44,174 bases of DNA from a virus. Taxonomy: Duplodnaviria; Caudoviricetes. Positions 16,958 through 26,061 of this stretch are shown piece after piece (positions within the stretch are counted from its first letter, which is position 1; each line of letters opens with the position of its first letter). The position numbers and the translations under genes are program-made. The stretch spans positions 1-44,174 of the IMG/VR virus record IMGVR_UViG_3300048854_000064. One strand, given 5' to 3'. The notes under the pieces are model-generated. The model made no database searches and was not told the DNA's origin. It saw nothing but the letters and a program-made list of their open reading frames with translations.

Positions 16958-19878
16958 TAAGCGATCCCGTTCTTCATCTTCCAGAGCGCACCACCCTGCT
17001 TGCGCTCGTTCACGACGACCGCGCGCACGGCCGCCGTAATCTTCTTATTCAGGTCCGCGCCGTTGCTCTGATTTGCCGCCGCGCTCGTGCCGCCTTCGAC
17101 GGTGACGTTCGGCGCAATGGTGATACCGGCCGATCCACCGCCGGTGGACGCAGCCGCAGCCGAGCCGACATAGCCGCCGCTCGCGAAGCGCAACATGCCA
17201 TGCACATTTCCATGATTCAGGGCGTTGAGTGCCGGCACACCCAGCTTCTTCATGGCGCGGGCATTCAGAACACCCTCTCCATCGGACAACCACGCGGGGA
17301 TCGAATCAGACGTTGAAGTTCCAGCGCCCGACACGGCTCCGCCGCCCGCCAAATGAAATCCGTACGAATTGCTGCCCACACCGTATGAGCTCGACCCACT
17401 ACTTACAGAGCTGCCAACACTGGCAGATCCGGATCCAAAGTAAGAGCTCACCGCGCTGACCGCATAATTAAACAGGCCAGAGATCGCGGCACGCACCTGC
17501 ATGCGCGCGATGTCGGCAACAACACTGGTCGCAAGACTTGTGAAATTCAGCTTGCCGGTGGTCACAAAGGTGGCGAATGCATCCTCCATGCCGCGGAATG
17601 CATCGGTGAAGGCCGAAGCGGTCGAGGCCGCGACGTTGTTCGCTTGGTCGCTGTAGTCAGCGATCGCGCGCTTCGCGCCGGTCGTCCAATCGGCATTTGC
17701 CGCACGAATATCTGCCGACGACTTCTGCGCAATTGCCACAGACTGGTTGTAGTAGTCCTGCGTCGCCGCGAGCTCGTCCGCGTATTGCTGCGGGCCGATT
17801 TTGTTCTCGGTGCGCTGCTTCGCGAGATCAGCAACCTTCCGGTCATAGTCCTGACGGATCGCGATCTGCTTATCGAAGTCTGCACGATCGTTCCCGCCCA
17901 GGCTCAGACCCGCAAGCGAGGTGTCGGCCGCCGATTGCTGCGTCGCGAGCTGCTGAGTCAGCGCTGTCGTGTAGACCTTCAGGTCGGCGACTCGCTTCGC
18001 CGCAAGCTTGGCTGTGTCATCCGTGTATTGCGCATCGTTCTCGACGATCTTTTGCTGAACAGCCACGATGTCAGCCGCGTATTTTTGATACGCCGACTTG
18101 TTCTTTTCGCCCTTCGCGATCTCTTCCTGCTGCTGATAGGTCGAGATCTCGTCTTTCAACTCAGCCGCCCGGGCGTCGTGAGCCTGTTGGAGCGCATTTT
18201 CCTGAGTGATCAGACCTTGGTCCTGCAGCGATTTGATGTGGTCGAGCGTTGTCTTGAGGCCGTCCTCAGCCTGCTTGCGCACCGTGTCAAGACTCGTAAG
18301 TTGAGCCTGAATTGCCTGCTGAGCCGCAGTCGCCGCGGCGCTTGCGGCCGCCTTCGATCCGTTCCGGTTTGCGTATTGCTTGTCGATCTCGGTCAGATTG
18401 TCCGCGTGCCGCTTTTCCGCTGCGACAAAGTCGGCGGACGTCTTGTCGACGTCCTTCGTCGCCTTCGCGTACGCGGCATTCTCGCTCTGGATTGCCAACG
18501 TCCGCTGTTGCAGCGGCGTCGCATTCTTGGGATCGTTGAGGTAGCTGTTCACGGCTATTGCTGCATCACCGCCGGCCGCCCGCTTCGCTTGGGCTGCTGC
18601 CAATTGCTGCTGCCCGGCCATCGTGGCTTGTATCGCGGCGAGCGATGCCTTGGCTGCGTCCAACCCCTTCTGCGCAGACTGCGCGCCGAAGCTATTCGGC
18701 ATTGAGGCGGTCTTCGCCACATTCGCCTGCGCATCGGCGATGCGCTGCGTTGCGTCGGCAAGCTTCTGTGCGTCGGATGTCGCCGCGCCCAGGCCGTTGA
18801 TGTGATTGATCGTGTCGATGACATCAGCTTTGAGCAGCTGCCAGGCCTTCTGGATCACGCCGATATTTGTCTGAGCCGAATCCTTGAAGCGCGCATGCGC
18901 CTCGTCCATGCCCTGGAGAATAGCCTTGTATGCGGACGCGCTATCGCCGGTCTTTATGTAGTTCTCGATGACATCGACCTGAGACGCTGAAAACGTGTGG
19001 TATTGGGCCTGCAGGTCGTCCAGCGCTTTCTTCGGATCCTGCGCAAACTTGATCATGGCCTCCGCGGCCTGCTCCGCCGACATGCCCGTATCGCTCGCAA
19101 ACTCAGCCGTCACCTTCGTGGCAAGGCTGAGTTGATCGGCCGCAATCTGCCCGCTCGACACAAGCGCGGTCATCGCGGCCTGCACGGCCGTGATGGACTG
19201 GCCGGACCCGGCGATGCCGATCGACATCTGCTCGAGTTGATTTGCCGTCAGACCAAGGTATCCATTCGTCACCTGCGCGGATTTCGCCAGCGCGTCGAGC
19301 GACATCGCACCCTTAAGCACCTCGTACGTGAAGCCAATGGCGGCGCCCGCGACAACACCGATTGCGATGCCCGCCGGAGACATGATCTTACCCATCAGGT
19401 CAATCTTCTCGCCGAACACCTGCACAGAGCCGGCAAGGTTCTTCCAGTTGCCTTGCGAGGCCTCGTGAATCATCACGAGAATTTCGCGGCGCGCGCCGGC
19501 GCTCTTGACGCCGAGCCCTTCGACAGCTTCGCCGCTCGCGGACGATTCTTTCTCGAAAGATCGGAGCGCAGCAATCGACGACGCCGCGGCATCAGAGACG
19601 CCCAGTTGCGCCGCCTTCATTTCCAGCAACTGAGAGCGCGTCTTACCGGCGGAGTCAGCAGCACGACTCAGTGACGATACAAACGAATTTATGGCGCTCG
19701 CGCTCGCCTTGCTGCCGTTCGCGGCCGCTTCGGCGATGGCCTGCTGCGCAAGCGCGACGCGCTGCGCCGCCTGGTCCTGCGTTTGCATGAACGCGGCTGC
19801 GGACTTGCGCGCCGAATCCAGCTCGGCACGGTACCCGCTAGCGTCGGCTGTTACACGAGTGACGCTGTCATTTGCCAC
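16957..19878 (-). CDS. H: Tape measure protein
   Basis: 973 aa, Ala-rich and helical, with lambda-type C-terminal F..TGKLNF.SLA.S...DIARM and GTSTSDSIPAWLSDGE.V. Confidence 0.95.
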   Translation of the reverse strand: MANDSVTRVTADASGYRAELDSARKSAAAFMQTQDQAAQRVALAQQAIAEAAANGSKASASAINSFVSSLSRAADSAGKTRSQLLEMKAAQLGVSDAAASSIAALRSFEKESSASGEAVEGLGVKSAGARREILVMIHEASQGNWKNLAGSVQVFGEKIDLMGKIMSPAGIAIGVVAGAAIGFTYEVLKGAMSLDALAKSAQVTNGYLGLTANQLEQMSIGIAGSGQSITAVQAAMTALVSSGQIAADQLSLATKVTAEFASDTGMSAEQAAEAMIKFAQDPKKALDDLQAQYHTFSASQVDVIENYIKTGDSASAYKAILQGMDEAHARFKDSAQTNIGVIQKAWQLLKADVIDTINHINGLGAATSDAQKLADATQRIADAQANVAKTASMPNSFGAQSAQKGLDAAKASLAAIQATMAGQQQLAAAQAKRAAGGDAAIAVNSYLNDPKNATPLQQRTLAIQSENAAYAKATKDVDKTSADFVAAEKRHADNLTEIDKQYANRNGSKAAASAAATAAQQAIQAQLTSLDTVRKQAEDGLKTTLDHIKSLQDQGLITQENALQQAHDARAAELKDEISTYQQQEEIAKGEKNKSAYQKYAADIVAVQQKIVENDAQYTDDTAKLAAKRVADLKVYTTALTQQLATQQSAADTSLAGLSLGGNDRADFDKQIAIRQDYDRKVADLAKQRTENKIGPQQYADELAATQDYYNQSVAIAQKSSADIRAANADWTTGAKRAIADYSDQANNVAASTASAFTDAFRGMEDAFATFVTTGKLNFTSLATSVVADIARMQVRAAISGLFNYAVSAVSSYFGSGSASVGSSVSSGSSSYGVGSNSYGFHLAGGGAVSGAGTSTSDSIPAWLSDGEGVLNARAMKKLGVPALNALNHGNVHGMLRFASGGYVGSAAAASTGGGSAGITIAPNVTVEGGTSAAANQSNGADLNKKITAAVRAVVVNERKQGGALWKMKNGIA

Positions 19879-20272
19879 TGATGCTCGCCTTTATGTTGGT
19901 GTCGACGACGTCGGCAACCGCCTGCGCAGCTGCCGTTTTTTTCGCTTCGAATGCTGGCCGCTTAAACGGCTGCGCGGCCATATGTGAGCGGCCGTACTCG
20001 ACGAATCTGAGGTAATAGGCCTCTTTCGTCCACGTGACGATATAAGACGCAATCTTTCCTGCTACCGATGCCTCTTCGTCGTACGCGATGATCAGTGAGT
20101 CCGCCCCCTTGCCGGTATCACGAGGGATGCGGATCTTCTCTTCAGCGAGGAATATCCGCGCGCCGGCGAGCGCACCCTTGCGCAAGGTCGATTCGCTGAC
20201 CGCGTTATCCAACGCATTGAGCTGCGCCGTCAGCGCTTCCGGATTTGCCATCTCGAAGGCTTTCTTAGCCAT
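19868..20272 (-). CDS. HK97 gp10-family tail component
   Basis: AYYLRFVEYGRSHMAAQPFKRPAFE motif. Confidence 0.85.
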   Translation of the reverse strand: MAKKAFEMANPEALTAQLNALDNAVSESTLRKGALAGARIFLAEEKIRIPRDTGKGADSLIIAYDEEASVAGKIASYIVTWTKEAYYLRFVEYGRSHMAAQPFKRPAFEAKKTAAAQAVADVVDTNIKASISGK

Positions 20273-20621
20273 TACTCGCCTTCCCGAAAAGTGCTGCGCG
20301 CAACATGTTCGACTGAGCCTTTGCGTCGTCGAGCAAGATCGGCGCTACCTCTTCAGGTGGCGCCTTCGACAACCACGGCACGACGTCAACCGGACCGAAC
20401 GGCTTGCGTACTTTCTTGGTATCGCGGTTCACGTTGTAAATGGCTGCTGTCGCGAGCCCGCATCGAAGGTCGTCCATTTCGTCGGATAGTCCTTCCATTC
20501 CTGAAAACGCCATCCACTCGACAAACTCGGCGCTGTCGACTTCATGCTGACAGCGCCGAACCGACATCTTTAGCTCGCGGGCGAGTCGGAACCAGAAGAG
20601 CCGCTCGGGGCGGCTTCGGAG
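20265..20621 (-). CDS. T: Tail assembly chaperone T portion (expressed as GT by -1 frameshift)
   Basis: The -1 frame from the slippery site reads LRSRPERLFWFRLARELKMSV...SAEFVEWMAF and is open to 20265. Confidence 0.85.
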   Translation of the reverse strand, partial: LRSRPERLFWFRLARELKMSVRRCQHEVDSAEFVEWMAFSGMEGLSDEMDDLRCGLATAAIYNVNRDTKKVRKPFGPVDVVPWLSKAPPEEVAPILLDDAKAQSNMLRAALFGKASNG

Positions 20622-20956
20622 TTTTTTTCCGCAGTCTCCACAGCCTTTAAACCGAAACCGTTCAAGCGTTCGGCGACCGTGACAACGAGCGTCACAGCTG
20701 CAGCTGATTTCGCACTCAACGCGACCATGTCCGAAGAAGTGAAAAGCTGTGCTCCGTCTTCGCCAACAACTGTCGCCATCAGCAAGCTATTCTGGTAATA
20801 GCTGATAGTTTTGTCGGTGACCGCCATACGCTCTTGAAACGCGTCCCGCGCGGTGCCGGTCATAGCGATGACACGCACCGAGCCACCCCATTCCGGAACG
20901 GCCACTTCTTCGGACTTCAGGTCGTCTGCCGCAAGAATCTGTTCACGTGTCAGCAT
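20570..20956 (-). CDS. G: Tail assembly chaperone G
   Basis: MLTREQILAADDL..EEV.VPEWGG.V. Lies between the major tail gene and the tape measure gene. Confidence 0.88.
   Translation of the reverse strand: MLTREQILAADDLKSEEVAVPEWGGSVRVIAMTGTARDAFQERMAVTDKTISYYQNSLLMATVVGEDGAQLFTSSDMVALSAKSAAAVTLVVTVAERLNGFGLKAVETAEKNSEAAPSGSSGSDSPAS
20621..20627 (-). other. Programmed -1 frameshift slippery heptamer A AAA AAC
   Basis: Minus strand reads GCG GAA AAA AAC TCC near the end of G, and the -1 frame joins T. Confidence 0.88.
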
Positions 20957-20960
20957 GCAA

Positions 20961-21398
20961 TTAATCTCCGCCGCCGGCCGGCACATCCGTGACCGCGCCG
21001 GTGATTGTCATTGCCACGGTCGTTGCAAGGATCGCATCGACACCACCAGACAGCGGGAACGTCTTGACGAAGGCGTCGAACGTCGACGCACTGCCGTCGG
21101 GCAACGTCAATTTGTACATCTTCTTCGTGCTGGCCTTCTGGGACGCCTTCATGGCGAGTTGTCCCGGATCGGCCATGTTCACGTTGATGTCGATGGAGAA
21201 CGAGCCCTCATCGATGAGCCCGAGCAACTTCTCTTTCGCGACCGAATCGAGATCCGTCGCGTCGAGTTCAGTTGCCGAACCATCGAAGCCGGTGAATGAC
21301 TTCACGTTCGCGACCTTTGTCCATACCGGGACCAGATCTGTGCCGGTGTCATTGATCGAGAAGGTTGAGCCTTGTGCGCTGATTGCTGTGCTGGACAT
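20961..21398 (-). CDS. Major tail tube protein
   Basis: MSSTAISAQGS...E.DATDL.S.AKE...GL.D.G. Position after the tail terminator. Confidence 0.9.
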   Translation of the reverse strand: MSSTAISAQGSTFSINDTGTDLVPVWTKVANVKSFTGFDGSATELDATDLDSVAKEKLLGLIDEGSFSIDINVNMADPGQLAMKASQKASTKKMYKLTLPDGSASTFDAFVKTFPLSGGVDAILATTVAMTITGAVTDVPAGGGD

Positions 21399-21405
21399 GA
21401 TTTCC

Positions 21406-21759
21406 TCAGACGGTGTACCAAATTGAAATATCAAGGCGACTGCCGTAAAGCTTCGTGTCGTCCTCGTACACGCTCACTGGCGCGCCGATCGGAGTTCCAC
21501 GAACAGGCGCCGCAGTCAGCGCCTGAAGAATTTGTTGCATGATGGTTGCGGCTTCCGGCCGGTCCAACGACCAGACAGCGACCTGCATGCGGCTGTTTTG
21601 CAATTCGTTAAGTCCGTCGAACGTCGTTTCGTCGACGCCCCCGACGGACTGAAAAACCACATGCGGTTTAGCGGCGCCCGCCGGCGCGACGTCCGGATAG
21701 ATGCGACCGCCGGCGATCTGTGAAAGCGCGGCATCGACGATGGATTCAGCGCTAGCCAT
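21406..21759 (-). CDS. Tail terminator / completion protein (DUF3168-like)
   Basis: GRIYPDVAP....P..VFQ.VGG...RMQV.VW...YE.DTKLY...D..IW. Confidence 0.85.
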   Translation of the reverse strand: MASAESIVDAALSQIAGGRIYPDVAPAGAAKPHVVFQSVGGVDETTFDGLNELQNSRMQVAVWSLDRPEAATIMQQILQALTAAPVRGTPIGAPVSVYEDDTKLYGSRLDISIWYTV

Positions 21760-22099
21760 TATTCGAGAAGGCCGAGCAGGCCAAATCCGTGTATTCCCGG
21801 CTGCCCAGATTCGGGAGCGGCGCCAGGATGTTGAAAACGACATCGTCGACAGGAACGTCGTCGACGAACTTGAGCAGGACAGCACGCATGCCGTTCGTGA
21901 TGTCCGTTCGGTACCGAATGCGGATGCTCGCCGACGCGGTGCTGACATCGCTATCGGCAAGCAAGGTTTCCTTGCCATTGAGCAGCAACACGCCACACCA
22001 AAGAGTCGCGAGCGGCGCCCAGGTCAGCGGATCGTTGAGCGTTCCGGCGCCCGCGCGCTGATCGATGCGCACGCGGCGATTAAGGGAACCGGCTCGCAT
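21752..22099 (-). CDS. Head closure (head-tail joining) protein
   Basis: MRAG.L..RV.I...IRIRYRTDI..GMR. Confidence 0.88.
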   Translation of the reverse strand: MRAGSLNRRVRIDQRAGAGTLNDPLTWAPLATLWCGVLLLNGKETLLADSDVSTASASIRIRYRTDITNGMRAVLLKFVDDVPVDDVVFNILAPLPNLGSREYTDLACSAFSNNG

Positions 22100-22440
22100 C
22101 AGATGCCTGGCACGATGCGATGCGGCCGCAACAGGGTCCGCGCATTGAACGGCAACTCGACAGTCTTGCTGCTTACTGAATCCTCTCGGTTCGCATACAG
22201 CTCGCCGGTCGTTTTGAGAATGGCCGCTTTAATCGCGCCGTTGACGACCATCGGATAGTCGCCGGCCGTGCCTGCCGTCACCGCTGCAGCCATCGCTTCG
22301 TCGTCTTCGAAAACCTGACGATTCAGATAGTCGAGCGCCGACTGCGTCGCGCCGTCTAGCAGCGCTTGCACGACGTCATCTTCAACGCCGGCGTCCTGCC
22401 GCAAAAAACCCAGCGCCAGGCTGATTTCGACGAGTGCCAT
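22099..22440 (-). CDS. Head-tail connector (HK97 gp6-like)
   Basis: A..FLR.D...ED......A......YLNR...IKAAIL...G.LYANRE...LL.P.R. Confidence 0.9.
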   Translation of the reverse strand: MALVEISLALGFLRQDAGVEDDVVQALLDGATQSALDYLNRQVFEDDEAMAAAVTAGTAGDYPMVVNGAIKAAILKTTGELYANREDSVSSKTVELPFNARTLLRPHRIVPGI

Positions 22441-22443
22441 GGT

Positions 22444-22602
22444 TTACTTGGTCGCCTTCGCCGGCTTCTCGGAGCCTTCGAGCGCGCCAAGTTCCTTCGC
22501 GCCAGACTCGAGTTCGGATGGACACTCGTCGCCCGCTTCAAATTGTTTGGGATAAATCTCGCCATTCGGCGCGCCGCGGAACGGCTTGATGAACTTCGGC
22601 AT
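22444..22602 (-). CDS. Small hypothetical protein after the capsid gene (52 aa, not in the ORF track)
   Basis: MPKFIKPFRGAPNGEIYPKQFEAGDECPSELESGAKELGALEGSEKPAKATK, with AAGGTGAG RBS. Fills the gap exactly. Confidence 0.75.
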   Translation of the reverse strand: MPKFIKPFRGAPNGEIYPKQFEAGDECPSELESGAKELGALEGSEKPAKATK

Positions 22603-22613
22603 AACTCACCTTC

Positions 22614-22643
22614 AAAAAGAAGGGGCGCCGCTAGGACGCCCCT
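22614..22643 (-). terminator. Terminator after the major capsid gene
   Basis: AGGGGCG...CGCCCCT stem followed by TCTTTTT on the minus strand. Confidence 0.75.
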
Positions 22644-22672
22644 CAACCCACACTCGCCTACGGAGATTCGAA

Positions 22673-23947
22673 TTACGCGTTCACTGCCACCTTGAGTCCG
22701 CGCAGCGGTTCCGGATTCACGACACCGCCGCCCACCCGCTTGGTCGTGTAGAACGACACGAACGGCTTGTTGGTGAACGGGTCACGCAACACCCGGACGC
22801 CGATGCGGTCGATCACCAGGTAACCCTGCTTGAAGTCACCGAACATGATCGGCGTGGCGTTGGCGGCCACATCCGGCATATCGGGAACTTCCGTGATCGG
22901 AAAGCCCGCCAACGTCGACGGCTGTCCTGCCACATACGACGGCTGCCACAGGTAGTTGCCCTGACCGTCCTTCAGCTTGCGGATCAGGCCCTGCGTGGCG
23001 CGGTTCATGATGAAACGCGCGTTGCCCGTGTATGCGCTCGGCAGGTCATAGATCAGATCGACCACGCCGTCCGACGTGATCGCGGCCGCGGCGCCGCTGT
23101 TCACCAACTCGATCGCGCCGAACGGGTGTGTAGCGGCGTTCGTGCCGCCTGTGACGTACGTCAGAATGCCATTCGGCTTGTTCGCGCCGTCGCCTGCGAC
23201 GAAGGCAGCGCCCTCTTGACGCGCAAACTCGATCTGTACCTCGTTGGCAAGCCACGTTTCCAGGTCGATCAGTGCGTCATCGAGCAACTGTTGCGTCGCC
23301 GCCGGGTTCGCGTACAGCTCGCCGGTCGTGAAATTCAGCGACGCAAACTGCGGGCCATTGGTATTAGGCCGCGCAGCCGCTTCGCCGACCCACCCGCTCG
23401 CGGTGCCACCAAGGTTGAACAGCTTGCTATAACCGTTCGTCGAGATCGGCTGAACACCGGAGATAGCGCGCATCGGCGAGATGAGCACCAGCTTGTCGGT
23501 CACGGTACGGTCCCATTCCACCGGCGCCAGATAGCCGCCATCGGTCGACGTGCCCTTGCTCATCGAAGCCTGGACGTCGCCCTTGCGCATGTGCGATTTG
23601 AAGGCCTCGGTATATTCCTTGTCCTTCAACTGCGCGCCGCCGGCCATCTGCGCGGCAGCCATCTTGACGTTGGTGTCGTCGATGGCTTTCTGCAGGACGT
23701 CCATGTCCGCGCCGATCTTCTCGACCTTCGCCGTGATGTCTGCGGTCGGCAGGCCCGCCTTCACAGCATCGAGCTGCTTCGTGTGCTCGGTTTTGTACTC
23801 GGCAAACGCCTTCTGCAAGTTTTCGATCAGCGCCTTTACCTCGGGCATGCCGACGTCTGCGCGTACAGCGACGATGCCTCGCGGCACGAAGCCATACGAC
23901 GCGCCAAAGGTTGCCGCAATAGCGGCGATCAACAGATTTTTGCTCAT
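22673..23947 (-). CDS. Major capsid protein, HK97 fold
   Basis: Coiled-coil delta domain, DGGYLAP.E, LKD.QG.YLWQP, FGDF and RVGG. Confidence 0.95.
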   Translation of the reverse strand: MSKNLLIAAIAATFGASYGFVPRGIVAVRADVGMPEVKALIENLQKAFAEYKTEHTKQLDAVKAGLPTADITAKVEKIGADMDVLQKAIDDTNVKMAAAQMAGGAQLKDKEYTEAFKSHMRKGDVQASMSKGTSTDGGYLAPVEWDRTVTDKLVLISPMRAISGVQPISTNGYSKLFNLGGTASGWVGEAAARPNTNGPQFASLNFTTGELYANPAATQQLLDDALIDLETWLANEVQIEFARQEGAAFVAGDGANKPNGILTYVTGGTNAATHPFGAIELVNSGAAAAITSDGVVDLIYDLPSAYTGNARFIMNRATQGLIRKLKDGQGNYLWQPSYVAGQPSTLAGFPITEVPDMPDVAANATPIMFGDFKQGYLVIDRIGVRVLRDPFTNKPFVSFYTTKRVGGGVVNPEPLRGLKVAVNA

Positions 23948-23949
23948 GA

Positions 23950-24792
23950 TTAACCTTGAATTGCGTTGAGGAGGTTTTGCAGCGATGCTGCAACGTCTTC
24001 GCCAGCGCTCGGCATGGCAGGATTCCCGGTAGCGCACGGCGTACCGGTGAAAAGGGCTTTGAATGCATCGCGGCGCTGCGAGCGTGAGTAACCCGCCTTC
24101 GCCATTGATGCTTCAATGAGTGCAAGCGCTCTTTTGTTGCCGCTGGCACTCGTGTTCTTGTCAATCTGCGATCCGTCGATAAGCCCGGTCGCAAAACCGT
24201 CCGCTACGGCCTGGTCGGAGCCGATCCACGTTTCCCGATCCATCAGCGTTGCTGCTGCGTCCTGGCTAATACCCGTGCGTTTCGCGTATAGGTTCGCCAT
24301 GGCTGCATCGAACGGCTCAAGTGTTTGCGCCGCTTGCGCCAGGTCGTGTCGATTGCCGATTGCGACCGTCCACGCGTTGTGAATCATGAGGAATGAGCCC
24401 TCGCCCATCAGAATTTCGTCACCGGCCATCGCGATGACCGACGCGGCCGACGCGGCAAGGCCAAGTATCTGAACCGTAACTTTCGCCTGATGCTGACGAA
24501 GCAGGTTAAAGATCGCGACCCCTTCGAAGAAGTCGCCGCCTGGTGAATTCAAGTTCACAGTGACGGCTTGATTTGCGCCGATGCTGCGTAGCGCCGCAGA
24601 AATACGTGTCGCCGTCACACCGGTACCTTCCCAGTTGTCGCCGATCGTGTCGTAGATCGAGATCGACGCCGAGCCGTCGTTCGCGGCACGCACCTCGGGC
24701 TCCCATCGCTCGAGCGCATCCGGCCGCAAATCGAATTGCGCCGAATTCAGGCGGTGGTCGGCCCGGATCTCAGGAAGCTGCAGGAGGCTCAT
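23950..24792 (-). CDS. ClpP-like prohead maturation protease
   Basis: NSPGGD.FEG.AI.N, GLAASAASVIAMAG, FLMIHNAW and ETW. Confidence 0.95.
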   Translation of the reverse strand: MSLLQLPEIRADHRLNSAQFDLRPDALERWEPEVRAANDGSASISIYDTIGDNWEGTGVTATRISAALRSIGANQAVTVNLNSPGGDFFEGVAIFNLLRQHQAKVTVQILGLAASAASVIAMAGDEILMGEGSFLMIHNAWTVAIGNRHDLAQAAQTLEPFDAAMANLYAKRTGISQDAAATLMDRETWIGSDQAVADGFATGLIDGSQIDKNTSASGNKRALALIEASMAKAGYSRSQRRDAFKALFTGTPCATGNPAMPSAGEDVAASLQNLLNAIQG

Positions 24793-26050
24793 TGATCGGT
24801 CCTTTCTGGGTCATTGGGTTCTTCAGGTCGTCCGCGGTCGGATCGTCCGATTTCGGCAGGTCCGAGCACTCGCGCACTTCGTTTTGGCTCATCCACGGCT
24901 TTTGGCCGCCGGCGCCGAGCGCCTTCGCGAAAAAGTTGGCTTGATCGTTCAGCGTCCCGCGCAGGAGCGCCCCTTCGTTGACCTTGAACTTCATGGTTTC
25001 CAGTTCTGCATCGGTGAGCAGCACGCGGGCGCATGCCTGTTCCCATGCGGTGAACCAGTGCGAAAGTCCGTATTGCACGAAGAAGATGGCTAGCTGCTCG
25101 ATGCCACTGCCCCAACTCGTGTCGTCCATCATCAACAGCGGACGCGGCACGCCGTATGCGCGAGCGGCCTCTTCGATTTGGTGGTTTCGAGTCTCGAGCT
25201 GCTGGGCATCTTTCCCCGTGTTGGCCCACTTACTGGCCTTCGCGCCCTCTTCGAGAATCATGAATTTGCCGGTGTTCTCGGAACCGCTGTAGTTGTCGCC
25301 AAGCGAATCCTGCATGCGCTTGTAGGCGTTGTCGGAAAGCTCTTTCGGCACTTCGATAGCACCGCCTGCCATTACGCCAGTCTGGAACGTGCGCGAGGCC
25401 GCAGTCTCCGCATGTCGCGCAAGGTCCAGCGCGTCATGAGCGAGCCTGATGCGCGAAATGCCGTGCACGCCGTCTAGCGATAGGTCTCGAAGATGCAGAA
25501 CCTCCTTAGCCGCTAACGTCGTCGTCGAGCCGCCTGGCGCCGTGTATTCGTACGTCATCTGCCAGTCGAACGACAGTTTCGGCATCGTCGCGAGCGGGTT
25601 CATGGGAATAAGCCGAATCGGGCGAGCGCCCGACCAGATCACGCGCGCATAACCATTCCCGTGCAGCAATGCGTGGAGCTGCAGCAGATTCTTAAATTCG
25701 TAAGGCGTCTGCCAGTCATTCGGTTTGCGCTTCAGCAGTCGATAGGCCGGGTGTGCGGTGGCATATTCCTTGTCCGAGTCGTTCTGGATGAGGTTTAGCG
25801 GCAGCATGCCGATCGACTCGGAGATCAGCGTGACGCAACGCAGGATCGCCATGTTGCGCAGACTGCGCGACGCTGGCGAAAATCCCTCTATCTCGCCGCG
25901 CCGGATGAACTCCAGGAGCCGCGGATCATCCATCCCAGTGAACGTCGTCGACGCGCCGGGGCCGACTGCTGCGCGCGGCATGGTCGGTTCTTGAGGGCGA
26001 GTTTGGGCCGCCGCCGGTGCACCGCGCCGGAGCAAATCGAACAAACTCAT
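24770..26050 (-). CDS. Portal protein, HK97 family
   Basis: LL..KPN.WQT..EF...LLHGNGY...VLHLR....DG..GIS...S.NEVR. Confidence 0.95.
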   Translation of the reverse strand: MSLFDLLRRGAPAAAQTRPQEPTMPRAAVGPGASTTFTGMDDPRLLEFIRRGEIEGFSPASRSLRNMAILRCVTLISESIGMLPLNLIQNDSDKEYATAHPAYRLLKRKPNDWQTPYEFKNLLQLHALLHGNGYARVIWSGARPIRLIPMNPLATMPKLSFDWQMTYEYTAPGGSTTTLAAKEVLHLRDLSLDGVHGISRIRLAHDALDLARHAETAASRTFQTGVMAGGAIEVPKELSDNAYKRMQDSLGDNYSGSENTGKFMILEEGAKASKWANTGKDAQQLETRNHQIEEAARAYGVPRPLLMMDDTSWGSGIEQLAIFFVQYGLSHWFTAWEQACARVLLTDAELETMKFKVNEGALLRGTLNDQANFFAKALGAGGQKPWMSQNEVRECSDLPKSDDPTADDLKNPMTQKGPINEPPAAS

Positions 26051-26061
26051 TAATTAGTCTC

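Noticed and set aside
22586-23953. 455-aa plus-strand ORF, and similar long antisense ORFs at 767-1780, 17644-18705, 11317-12156 and 33353-34417
   Set aside because: These are shadow frames opposite well-supported genes in GC-rich DNA, with no recognisable motifs.
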